From Tepidisphaera sp. (GTDB taxonomy: Bacteria > Planctomycetota > Phycisphaerae > Phycisphaerales > UBA1924): 64,000 bases of DNA. Each line of letters opens with the position of its first letter. The first letter of the stretch is position 1. The notes below the pieces were generated by a model. That model worked only from the letters and a program-made list of their open reading frames with translations. It was not told where the DNA came from and ran no database searches. Where the stretch lies: positions 640,001-704,000 of the forward strand of contig CP051526.1 in NCBI GenBank assembly GCA_050916045.1, given 5' to 3'. Positions 10,653-19,571 of this stretch are shown here, in pieces. Both the position numbers and the translations under genes were made by a program.

Positions 10653-10720
10653 GCCGCCGACGATCGTGAGATCGACCTCCGGAACGGCCGAGCGGGCTCG
10701 TGTCTGCTACGCTGCGCGTG

Positions 10721-12568
10721 ATGGCCCGATTTCTCGTTCCGCTCGCCATCCTGCTTGCGCTCATCACCCTCTCGGTATGGTCGGATCGGCCGCTTCCCAA
10801 AGCCGACCTGACCATCGTGGAGCGCGATCCCGTGCACACGCTCGATCCGGCCCAGATCAGCTTCACTCAGGACATCCGCGTCGCACGAGCGGTGTACGAA
10901 GGGCTTCTCCGCGCGGATGTGCTCTCGCCGGACCAGAAGCTCGAGCCCGCCGCGGCCGAATCCCTCCCGGCCGTGTCCGAGGACGGCTTGGTCTACACCT
11001 TCCGCATCCGGGCGGACGCGCTCTGGTCGACGGGCGACCCCGTGCTCGCGTCGGACTTCGTCTACGCCTGGCGCCGCGTGATCCTTCCGGACACGGCGGC
11101 GGACTACTCGGACATGTTCAACATCGTGCGGGGCGCGAAAGCGTGGGCCGAGCGTCGGCGCGACGATCTCGCGAAATTCGAGAAGAACCGCGACTTCGCG
11201 GACCGCGCGGGCGAAGCCAAGCGGCTCCTCGACGACGCCTACGCGCGCTTCGCTTCGGACGTTGGAATCCGTGCGACGGACGCCCGCACCATCCGGATCG
11301 AGCTCACCGCGCCGCTGCCGTACTTTCTGGACCTCGTCGCGTTCGTTCCGTTCTTCCCGCTTCACGAGAAGTCGGTGAGTGCGTACGAATCGCTGGACGC
11401 GGCGACAGGCCGGCTTTCGTGGACGCCGGGATGGACCAAGCCGCCCGCGCTGGTCGGGAACGGCCCTTACTCGCTGACGTTGTGGCGGTTCCAGCGCGAC
11501 ATGCGTCTTGAGCGGAACCCGAAGTACCACGACTCCTCGCTTCCGAAGCTGCCGACGCTCTCGATCGTGAACATCGCGGACCCCAACGCGATGGTGACGG
11601 CTTTCCGCACCGGAGCGGTGGACTGGACGACCGACGTTCTGGTGCCCTATCGGCCGGAGATGATCGCGGAGAAAGCCGCGTTCGACCGCGAGCACGCGGA
11701 AGAGCGTGCGGCGCTCGCCGCCCGCGGCGTCTCGCGGCTTGAGGTCGAGCGTGCGATGCCGCCCGATCCGCGCAACCGGATCCAGGGCATGCCGAGCTTC
11801 GGGACGTACTTCCTGAGCTTCAACTGCACGCCGACGCTCCCCAACGGGCGTCCGAACCCGCTTGCGGATGCACGCGTGCGGCGGGCGCTGGCGATGTCGG
11901 CGGAGAAGCGTGAGGTCGTGGAGAATCTGCGGCGTTCGGGCGAGCCGATCGCGGGCTCGCTGACCCCGCCGGGCTCGCTCGCGGGGTACACGCCCCCGGC
12001 GGGTCTGCCGTTTGACCCCGCCGCGGCGAGGCAGGAACTCGCCGACGCCGGCTACCCGGGGGGAAGCTCGCTGCCGCCGCTTGAGTTCATGTTTTCCCGC
12101 GACGGCGGGCACGACCTGATCGCGGCGACGCTCAAACGCGGCTGGGAGAAGCACCTTGGCATCACCGTGGAGCTCGTGCAGCTTGAAAGCCGCGTGGCGA
12201 GCTCAAGGCTCAAGGGCCGGCAGTACATGATCGGACGGTCGAGTTGGTTCGGCGACTACGCGGATCCGACGACGTTCCTCGACATCCACCTTTCGGGGAA
12301 CAACAACAACGACCGTGGGTACTCGAGCGTGCGGTTCGACGGGGTGATGATGCGGGCCGGTGAGGAACGAGACCCCGCGGCACGCTTCGCGGCGCTTGCC
12401 GAAGCGGAGAAGCTCGTGGTCGAGACGGACGCTGCCGTATTGCCGCTTTTCCACTACACGCAGTTCTATCTGTTTGATCCGAAGGTGCTGACGGGGCTTT
12501 CGACCCATCCTCGGCAGGCGCAGCATTTGTTCCTGCTCGATCGTCTGGATCGGGAGGGGGCGCGATGA
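10721..12568 (+). CDS. oppA: Oligopeptide ABC transporter substrate-binding protein (OppA-like)
   Basis: TLDPA, YEGLL, SEDGLVYTFRIR, WSTGDPV, GNGPY, WFGDYADPTTFLD. Confidence 0.88.
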   Translation: MARFLVPLAILLALITLSVWSDRPLPKADLTIVERDPVHTLDPAQISFTQDIRVARAVYEGLLRADVLSPDQKLEPAAAESLPAVSEDGLVYTFRIRADALWSTGDPVLASDFVYAWRRVILPDTAADYSDMFNIVRGAKAWAERRRDDLAKFEKNRDFADRAGEAKRLLDDAYARFASDVGIRATDARTIRIELTAPLPYFLDLVAFVPFFPLHEKSVSAYESLDAATGRLSWTPGWTKPPALVGNGPYSLTLWRFQRDMRLERNPKYHDSSLPKLPTLSIVNIADPNAMVTAFRTGAVDWTTDVLVPYRPEMIAEKAAFDREHAEERAALAARGVSRLEVERAMPPDPRNRIQGMPSFGTYFLSFNCTPTLPNGRPNPLADARVRRALAMSAEKREVVENLRRSGEPIAGSLTPPGSLAGYTPPAGLPFDPAAARQELADAGYPGGSSLPPLEFMFSRDGGHDLIAATLKRGWEKHLGITVELVQLESRVASSRLKGRQYMIGRSSWFGDYADPTTFLDIHLSGNNNNDRGYSSVRFDGVMMRAGEERDPAARFAALAEAEKLVVETDAAVLPLFHYTQFYLFDPKVLTGLSTHPRQAQHLFLLDRLDREGAR

Positions 12569-13554
12569 TCGGGCTGATTGTTCGTCGGCTGGCCACGCTT
12601 CCGCTGGTGCTTCTGGCGGTTTACTCGCTCACGCTCGCGCTGGCTTGGGCGGTGCCCGGGGATCCGCTGGAGCGTCCGGAGGGGCGGCGGCCCTCGGCGG
12701 CGGTTCAGGAAGCGATGCGCAAGCAGTACAACCTGGACAGCGGGTGGACCTTCTACTGGTCGTACCTCGACAGCGCCAGCGGGTTCAAGTGGGCCCGCGA
12801 GGGGCTGACGGGCGGGGCTTCCGAGTCCGCCCTTGGGCCCAAGCAAGCGGCTCCGATCTTTGACCTTGGGCCTTCGCTTCAGTACGAGGACCGTCGTGTG
12901 AGCGAGATCATCGCGGATTCGCTGCCGGTGTCGATGACGCTTGGCGCGTCGGCGATTCTGATCGCCCTGGTGGTAGGCGTCGGTGCGGGCGTGGTGGGCG
13001 CGGTGAAGCCGGGCTCCTGGGCGGACACGCTGACGCTCGGTCTCGCGCTGGTAGGGGTCAGCCTGCCAAGCTTCATCACCGGGACGGTGCTCCTGACGGT
13101 GTTCGGCGTGTGGCTTGCGTGGCTGCCTGTCGGCGGCTGGGGGACGCTGGGGCAGTTGGTTCTTCCGGCGGTGACGTTGAGCTTGCCCTTCGCGGCGTAC
13201 ATCGCGCGACTCACGCGGCTTGAACTGATCGAGCAGCTCCGGTCGGATTATGTGCGCACGGCCAGGGCGAAGGGCGTGCGGGAGTCGGCCGTCGTGATAA
13301 AGCACGCGCTGCGGAACGCGCTGCTTCCCGTGGTGAGCTATCTCGGGCCGGCGACGGCGTACGCGATGACGGGTTCGTTCGTGGTGGAGCGGGTTTTCCG
13401 GATCCCCGGCCTCGGCGAGCACTTCGTCAACAGCGTGCTCAACAAGGACCTGTTCCTGATCATCGGAACCGTGCTCGTCTTTTCGACGATGCTGGTCGTG
13501 TTCAATCTCGCGGTGGATGTCGCGTATCGGTGGATCGATCCGCGGATGCGTTAG
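12565..13554 (+). CDS. oppB: Oligopeptide ABC transporter permease (OppB-like)
   Basis: PGDP, DYVRTARAKG, KHALRNALLPVV, final IDPRMR; 4-bp overlap with oppA. Confidence 0.9.
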   Translation: MIGLIVRRLATLPLVLLAVYSLTLALAWAVPGDPLERPEGRRPSAAVQEAMRKQYNLDSGWTFYWSYLDSASGFKWAREGLTGGASESALGPKQAAPIFDLGPSLQYEDRRVSEIIADSLPVSMTLGASAILIALVVGVGAGVVGAVKPGSWADTLTLGLALVGVSLPSFITGTVLLTVFGVWLAWLPVGGWGTLGQLVLPAVTLSLPFAAYIARLTRLELIEQLRSDYVRTARAKGVRESAVVIKHALRNALLPVVSYLGPATAYAMTGSFVVERVFRIPGLGEHFVNSVLNKDLFLIIGTVLVFSTMLVVFNLAVDVAYRWIDPRMR

Positions 13555-14123
13555 CCCGAGCTTGTGAGCATGTCGATCAGCCGCCGTTGCAGGCGGCTCC
13601 AGCGCTGCCGCAGCACGGCTTCGGAGACGCCGAGCGTCTGCGCGATGGCGGACCATTCCAAGCCGCGACGCCGGAGCATCACCAGCTCGGCTTCCTCCGG
13701 AGCCAGCCCCGCCCGGATCCGGTCGAAAGCTTCCTCGGTCAGGGTCTGCACGCTCGCGGTTGGGTCCGAAGAGGGGGCGTACTCCGCGTCCTCCGGCGAA
13801 GCCAGATCCGGACCGCCGCGCTTGCCGGCGGTGTCGTGGCGGTGAAGCTCGGCAAGCTTGGACCGCACCACCTGCTGGAGGTACGCGTTCAGAGCCGCCG
13901 GAGAGTCGAATTTGAGGAGGCCCCGGGCCGCATCGTCGACGAAGCTCTTGGCGATGGACTGGCAGACATCGGCGGATTCGCGCTGGTCGCGAAGGCGGTT
14001 TCCCATGCGCACGCGGACGAAGATACTGATGAGGCGCAGAAACTCGGCGAAAGCCCGCTCACGGGCGACCGGATCGGCGGCCGCAGCATCGGCGACCAAA
14101 GCTTGAAGGTCCGGACCGGGCAT
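13551..14123 (-). CDS. ECF-type sigma-70 factor
   Basis: Region 2-like ESADVCQS...YLQQVVRSKL...KRGG and region 4 HTH (WSAIAQTLGVSEAVLRQRW). Confidence 0.8.
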   Translation of the reverse strand: MPGPDLQALVADAAAADPVARERAFAEFLRLISIFVRVRMGNRLRDQRESADVCQSIAKSFVDDAARGLLKFDSPAALNAYLQQVVRSKLAELHRHDTAGKRGGPDLASPEDAEYAPSSDPTASVQTLTEEAFDRIRAGLAPEEAELVMLRRRGLEWSAIAQTLGVSEAVLRQRWSRLQRRLIDMLTSSG

Positions 14124-14191
14124 GCTCGCAGTATAACGGATTCGGTCACAAATTCGGTCCGGTGTCACTTAGACTGAGCACGGAGCCCGCC

Positions 14192-17125
14192 ATGAACACG
14201 CGTCCGCCCGAGAACTCCGACCGATCCGCGACGATGGACGCCCAAGCGGCGACCCCCGGCGCAAACCCGAACCGGAGGATTTCCGGGGTCTTCGGGGTGG
14301 ATTCGGGGATCGAAGCGATCGACTTCGTTCGCCGGCTTTGGCAGCGGGAGACGCCGACCGCCGACCGCCTCATCGCGGTCTGGCGCGAGGGGAAAGGGCC
14401 GGAAGCGGCGGTGGGCGAAGCGGACGTGATCGCGGCGGATGCGGAGATGAGGGCGTCGCGCGGCGTGAGCGCACGGATCGAGACGTACGCGGCGGAGTGG
14501 CCGGCGATTCTCGAAAGCCCCGAAGCCTGCCGGGCGGTGCTGATGCAAGAGTTCGCGCGGCTGGACAAAGCCGGCCTTCGGGCCGCTTGCGAGCGGGTGG
14601 CTGGGGCGCTGCCCAAGGTGTCGGGAGAAGCCCGGGGAGTGGCCGAACTCTGCGAACTGATGGCATCGGACGAAGAAACCGAGGATGGTCCCAGGCAGGG
14701 TGAGATGCTCGGGAAGTACCGGCTGGTCGAGCGGCTGGGGTCGGGTGCTTTCGGCGCGGTGTGGCGGGCTTGGGACACCGAGCTTGGCCGGTATGTCGCG
14801 CTCAAGGTGCTTCACCAGGCGGGTGTGCTTGGCGGCGGGATCCTCGGGTCGGTGGGCGTGAGCGCGGCGGCGGGGTTGCGGCGGATCATGACCGAAGCCC
14901 AGGCCGCGGCGAGCCTGGACCATCCGAACGTGGTCAAGATCCACGCGGCGGGCAAGCTTCCGGACGGGCGGGCCTTCATCGATGCGCAGCTTGTCGGCGA
15001 TGCGGCGCCGACGCGGGAGGATGCCCACTCGGTGGCGGTGGGGGTGTCGCTTGAGCAGATGTCCGCATCCGGCGCGGCGAGCGGTCAGGCGCGATCCCCG
15101 AAGTGGGCCGCGGGGATCATCGAGCAGGTCGCGCGGGGCGTGGCTTCGGCGCACGCGAGGGGCGTGGTGCACCGCGACATCAAGCCGGCGAACATCATCG
15201 TGACGCCAAGCGGTAAGCCGATGCTCGCGGACTTTGGCTTGTCGGCTTTGACGGCTCTTCCGACCGGCGCGCCGGTCGGCGCGGCGGCGGCGGGGAACCC
15301 GGGCGCGGCCGCGTCGATGCACACGGGGCGGATCACCGGGACGCCGGCGTTCATGGCGCCCGAGCAGGCGCGGGGCGAGCGGGCGACGCCGGCTTCGGAC
15401 ATCTACTCGCTGGGCGCGACGCTTCGGTACCTGCTGACGGGCGAGCTTCCGGTCAAGCCAACGGGCCGTCACAGCACCGAAGCAAGGGCGGATGTGCTCG
15501 AGCAGCTGCGGCGCGGGGAACTGGGCGGACTCGAGTTGCTTCGGCTGAAGGGTCAGCACGCGAGGCTCCCGCTGACGCTGGTGCGGATCTGCGACCGGGC
15601 GACTGCGGCGAAGGTGGAGGATCGGTACCCGTCGGCGTTCGCCATGGCGGAGGATCTGGCGGCGTGGCTTGACAAAAAGCCGACGAAAGCCGGGCGCGAA
15701 GCGGTGAGTCTGCGTGCTTTGCTTTGGGCGCGTCGGAACGCGGCGGTGGTGCTGATCGCGGCGGGCGCGATGCTCGTCTTCGGCGTGATGATTCAGCAGC
15801 ACGTTGTGCGCCTGGGCCAGGAGCGGGACCGCGCCGTGCGAGCGGAGGGCGAAGCGCGGATGCGTCAGGGGCAGGCGGAGGACGCCGCGCGGGTGATGAA
15901 GCTCGCTGAGAAGGAAGCGCTGGCCAAGAAGAATGAAGCGGAGCGATCAGCGCGGATCGCCCTGGGGATCAGCTCGTTCATGTCCGGCACGCTGATGGCC
16001 GCGCAAGCGGACGAGGGGCGGCGGACGGTCACGATGTACGACGCGGTGACCCGCGCGGCCGACCGAGTCTCGACCACACCGGAGATTCTCGGCGGGGATC
16101 CGCTTGTGGAAGCGGGCGTGCGATACTCCATCGGGCGGGTGCTTGGCACGATGGGCGATTTCAAGAAAGCCGAGTCGCACTTCCGAAGCGCCGTCGAGAT
16201 CCGGGCGAAGGAGCTCGGCCCCGACCACCCCGACACGCTCGAAGCCGAGTTCGGCCTCAGCGAGATGCTGAGCTTCGCCGAGCGGAACCCGGAAGCCTCG
16301 GTGGTCGCCGAGCCGCTGCTGGTGCGCGTCAAACGTGTGCTGGGGGATGAAGCGATTCTGACGCTTTCCGTGAAAGACGTCCTGAGTCAGACGCGGCTTT
16401 CGCTCGGGGACGCGGCGGGCGCGGAGACGATGATGCGCGAGGCTCTGGAAACGAGGCTTCGCCAGACGCCCGTCGATGAGTCGCGGGTGGCGATGGGCTA
16501 CTCGATGCTCGGGACCCTGGCGAAAGCCCTGAGCAAGCGTGAGGAAGCCATCTCGCACATGAAGAAGTGCCTTGAGATCCGCGAACGCATCCTGGGCCGC
16601 GACGCTCTGGACACGATGGGCACGGTCAACGATCTGGGGTCGGTGTACGCGGAGCTTGGCGATGTCGCGCAAGCCGAACCGCTCCAGCGCGAGGCGTACG
16701 CGTGGATGCGCGAGCATCTGGGTCCGAAGCATGTGAACACCATCAACTCCGGGTACAACGTGGCGTGGATGCTGCTGACCAAGAAGAAGAACGCCGCGGA
16801 ATCACTCGCCATCGCCGCGCCGATCGCGAAAGCGGCCGAAGAAGCTCTCGGAAAGGACAACGTGGTCACGCTGCGGACCCGGCTTCTGGTCGCTCGCGGG
16901 TACGCGGGGACGGGCGCGTGCGACCAGGCCGAGCCGCTGGTGACCGAGCTGATGACGCAGGCCGAGCGGGCGGGCCGCGAGGGTCTGTCGTTTCGGATCC
17001 TCGGGAGCAGGGTGATGGCCGACTGCTGCAAAGCCCGGGGCGACACGAAGGGTGAGGCCGAATGGCGTGCCCGTGCGGCGGCGCTGCTCGAAGAGTCGAA
17101 AGCGGATCCGGTGCGGGGCCGCTAA
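14192..17125 (+). CDS. Hanks-type Ser/Thr protein kinase with TM segment and TPR repeats
   Basis: LGSGAFGAVW, VALK, HRDIKPAN, DFG, GTPAFMAPEQ, DIYSLG; C-terminal LGPDHPDTL-type TPR repeats. Confidence 0.93.
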   Translation: MNTRPPENSDRSATMDAQAATPGANPNRRISGVFGVDSGIEAIDFVRRLWQRETPTADRLIAVWREGKGPEAAVGEADVIAADAEMRASRGVSARIETYAAEWPAILESPEACRAVLMQEFARLDKAGLRAACERVAGALPKVSGEARGVAELCELMASDEETEDGPRQGEMLGKYRLVERLGSGAFGAVWRAWDTELGRYVALKVLHQAGVLGGGILGSVGVSAAAGLRRIMTEAQAAASLDHPNVVKIHAAGKLPDGRAFIDAQLVGDAAPTREDAHSVAVGVSLEQMSASGAASGQARSPKWAAGIIEQVARGVASAHARGVVHRDIKPANIIVTPSGKPMLADFGLSALTALPTGAPVGAAAAGNPGAAASMHTGRITGTPAFMAPEQARGERATPASDIYSLGATLRYLLTGELPVKPTGRHSTEARADVLEQLRRGELGGLELLRLKGQHARLPLTLVRICDRATAAKVEDRYPSAFAMAEDLAAWLDKKPTKAGREAVSLRALLWARRNAAVVLIAAGAMLVFGVMIQQHVVRLGQERDRAVRAEGEARMRQGQAEDAARVMKLAEKEALAKKNEAERSARIALGISSFMSGTLMAAQADEGRRTVTMYDAVTRAADRVSTTPEILGGDPLVEAGVRYSIGRVLGTMGDFKKAESHFRSAVEIRAKELGPDHPDTLEAEFGLSEMLSFAERNPEASVVAEPLLVRVKRVLGDEAILTLSVKDVLSQTRLSLGDAAGAETMMREALETRLRQTPVDESRVAMGYSMLGTLAKALSKREEAISHMKKCLEIRERILGRDALDTMGTVNDLGSVYAELGDVAQAEPLQREAYAWMREHLGPKHVNTINSGYNVAWMLLTKKKNAAESLAIAAPIAKAAEEALGKDNVVTLRTRLLVARGYAGTGACDQAEPLVTELMTQAERAGREGLSFRILGSRVMADCCKARGDTKGEAEWRARAAALLEESKADPVRGR

Positions 17126-17149
17126 GGTTCACCGGTTTGGCGGTGAGGC

Positions 17150-17222
17150 GGCCCCGTAGCTCAACGGTCAGAGCAGGCGACTCATAATTGCTTGGTTCCC
17201 GGTTCGAATCCGGGCGGGGCTA
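17150..17222 (+). tRNA. tRNA with CAT anticodon, most likely tRNA-Ile2 (lysidine-modified); CCA not encoded
   Basis: Cloverleaf with acceptor GGCCCCG/CGGGGCT, D arm GCTC/GAGC, anticodon loop CT-CAT-AA, T loop TTCGAAT. GGCCCC acceptor and GGCGA-CTCATAA resemble Ile2 rather than Met tRNAs. Confidence 0.88.
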
Positions 17223-17541
17223 TTCCATCACGCGTGCGTCCGAGGTGCGGGTGCGGTGGCACGGGTCACGGAATGGAGTGAACCGCGCTACCGATCGCCG
17301 ATTCCCGGGTACGGGTACCGCCGCGATCCGCGAGCGGCTGATGGGTTCCGCGCGGGAGGACTGAGAGCGTGTCGGCCGATGGTCGCAGGCTCGGTATACT
17401 GCCGACGACGCTTGCACGATGCTGATGCGCCGCCGGGGAGTGGATGGGAAGCTTGGAAGGGACGTCGATGACGCTCGCGACCATGAGGGCACTGGGATCA
17501 TCGGCACCGATCGTCGGAGGAACCGGCGATCGGTGGACGCC

Positions 17542-17840
17542 TCGGATTCATCAGGAGATCGGTGCCACCCGCCAACGTACGCCAGAGGATGCTCGTCAAT
17601 GACTAAGAAGCTTGAGATCGTGTTTTGCTTGCTCTTTGCGTGTGCCGGTGGTGCGATGGGGTGGTACGGGGCGGGTCTGTTCGGCTCGCTGATGGGGGTA
17701 GGCGCCGGCTTTTTGGCGGCTTTCTTTGTGCAACGCGTCTTCGCTCGGAGCCAGAAATGAGTCTGAACGAGGGGGTGAGAAGATCGCACGTTCAAGCGGA
17801 TGGCACGTTCGGATTCATCAAGAGATCGGTGCCATCCGCC
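17542..17840 (+). repeat. Two 32-bp direct repeats (17542-17573, 17809-17840) embedded in hairpins
   Basis: TCGGATTCATCA(G/A)GAGATCGGTGCCA(C/T)CCGCC, 2 mismatches. Confidence 0.8.
17599..17760 (+). CDS. Small membrane protein (53 aa)
   Basis: MTKKLEIVF... with two hydrophobic Gly-rich helices; GAGG upstream; atypical composition. Confidence 0.5.
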   Translation: MTKKLEIVFCLLFACAGGAMGWYGAGLFGSLMGVGAGFLAAFFVQRVFARSQK

Positions 17841-17869
17841 GCCGCGTGAATCATAGGAGTTGCGCCGAC

Positions 17870-18541
17870 ATGCTGGATGGCCGTCGAATAGACTCAACGA
17901 TGCTGTCGCACATCCTGCGAGATCGCGGCTTGGCGAATTGCCTCGCCGTGGCGAACCGCGAGTCTAAGCAAATCAGAGCTCGGTGGTGGCTACTCGCGGA
18001 CGCGGCGATTTCGTGCCTGATGGTGTTGGCTATCAGCTTGGCTAGCGTGTTCTTGTCAGACGACCGGATTGCGAAGATGTTTGTCGCCGTATCGGTGCCA
18101 CTCGCCATTGGTGCCATAGTGGCACGCTCTAGAGTTAAAAGCAGCGAGTGCGCTTCTGACGACCTCACGGTGGAGCTATCCACGAAAAGTCTGTACTTCG
18201 ATGCGGGGCGACAGATCTCTGCCTGCGTTGTTTTTCGCCCGTGGTTCTACTTCATGGACTTGTGTTTCTTGTTGCAGATCTTTGCGTTGGCAGTTTATCC
18301 CTTTCATTGGTCGGCAATTCTTATTCACGGCCTCGCCATAATTGTTGTGGTTGCATGCCTGATGGGCTGCTCGTTCATGATCGAGAAGCGGCTATCTGTT
18401 GCCCAAAGACGTTTTGCGAAGCGACTCTGTATTCTGTGTGGGTATGATGTGCAGATCGAGCAATCTGGCTTAATCACATGCTCTGAGTGCGGAAGACTCA
18501 CGCCGCTTCTGCGGGCAGATCCTGAAACTCCAAAACCATGA
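17870..18541 (+). CDS. Membrane protein with C-terminal zinc ribbon (CxxCGYD...CxECG)
   Basis: AGGAG upstream; about 4 TM helices; ends CILCGYDVQIEQSGLITCSECG; visibly lower GC. Confidence 0.7.
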   Translation: MLDGRRIDSTMLSHILRDRGLANCLAVANRESKQIRARWWLLADAAISCLMVLAISLASVFLSDDRIAKMFVAVSVPLAIGAIVARSRVKSSECASDDLTVELSTKSLYFDAGRQISACVVFRPWFYFMDLCFLLQIFALAVYPFHWSAILIHGLAIIVVVACLMGCSFMIEKRLSVAQRRFAKRLCILCGYDVQIEQSGLITCSECGRLTPLLRADPETPKP

Positions 18542-18736
18542 GAGAGTACCTTTGCGCTTCGACTGCAGGGCAATCGGTGGCAACATCGACGGCTGCATAG
18601 GAAATGTCTGACGCAATCTCAGAGTTAAAATGGACAGTCCTGCTGCGTTGCTCGACGTGCACGTCTGGAACACGAACAGTTCAATGAGCGTCCGGCTCGC
18701 TCTAGTCAATGTCGCGAGTCTTCGCGCACGGGCCGA

Positions 18737-19552
18737 TCAGTGCGCCCGCTGCTTCTTCAGCCGCCGCGCGAGGTACCAGTCGCCCACCCCCGGAAGCATC
18801 GTCAGCACGCCCATCGCCAGGCGCGTGGGGAGATGGGTCCAGATCTCGCCCACCGGCTTGCGGAGCGAATCAAGCACGCGGGAAGCGACGAACTGCGGCG
18901 TCTGCTTCATCGAGTCCGGCGTCCGCACGGCCGTCCGCTTGCCCCCCGCACGCTCCGCCACCCGCGCGGAGAACTCCGTCGAGACGCCGATGGGGTGGAG
19001 CGTCGAGACGTGGATCCCCGAACCCTCGAGCTCAAGACGCAGGGCGCGGCCCACGTGGTCCTGCATCGCTTTGGTCGCCGAATACGCCGAATGAAACGGC
19101 AAGCCGACCTTGCTGACGCAGCTTGAACAGATCAGGATGTGCCCCGACCCCGTGGCCCGCATGGCTTTCAGAGCCGGGGTGATGGTGTGGAGCGTGCCGT
19201 AGAAGTTGGTGCGGATGATCGAGTCCCACTGCTCCATCGTGAGGTCCGCGACGGCCCCCTCGAGCCCGAAGCCGGCGTTGGCGAAGACCGAGTAGATCGA
19301 GCCGAACGCTTCGATGGTGCGGGCGGTGAGGCGTTCGCCATCCTCGGGCTTGTCGACATCGCAGGCGACGGCTTCGGCTCGGCCTCCGGCGGCGCGGATC
19401 TCATCGACGAGGGCCTGGAGGAGGTCGACGCGTCGTGCTCCGACGACGACGGGCATGCCGGCTTGGGCGCAGGCGAGCGCGGTGGCTCGGCCGATGCCGC
19501 TGCTGGCGCCGGTGATCGCGATGGGTTTGCCGCGGAGATCGATGGTGGGCAT
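18737..19552 (-). CDS. SDR family NAD(P)-dependent oxidoreductase
   Basis: TGASSGIG, ANAG, YSATK. Confidence 0.93.
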   Translation of the reverse strand: MPTIDLRGKPIAITGASSGIGRATALACAQAGMPVVVGARRVDLLQALVDEIRAAGGRAEAVACDVDKPEDGERLTARTIEAFGSIYSVFANAGFGLEGAVADLTMEQWDSIIRTNFYGTLHTITPALKAMRATGSGHILICSSCVSKVGLPFHSAYSATKAMQDHVGRALRLELEGSGIHVSTLHPIGVSTEFSARVAERAGGKRTAVRTPDSMKQTPQFVASRVLDSLRKPVGEIWTHLPTRLAMGVLTMLPGVGDWYLARRLKKQRAH

Positions 19553-19571
19553 CAGAGCGAGTGTACAGCGG

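Noticed and set aside
17150..17222. tRNA-Met or tRNA-fMet call
   Set aside because: It lacks the initiator C1:A72 mismatch and GGG/CCC anticodon stem, and resembles Ile2 more than elongator Met. Elongator Met is not fully excluded without a covariance-model run.
17205..18736. att duplication of the tRNA-Ile2 3' end
   Set aside because: No downstream copy of CCGGGCGGGGCTA was found by eye; the short GGGCGGGGCT match near 12810 is inside oppB and expected by chance.
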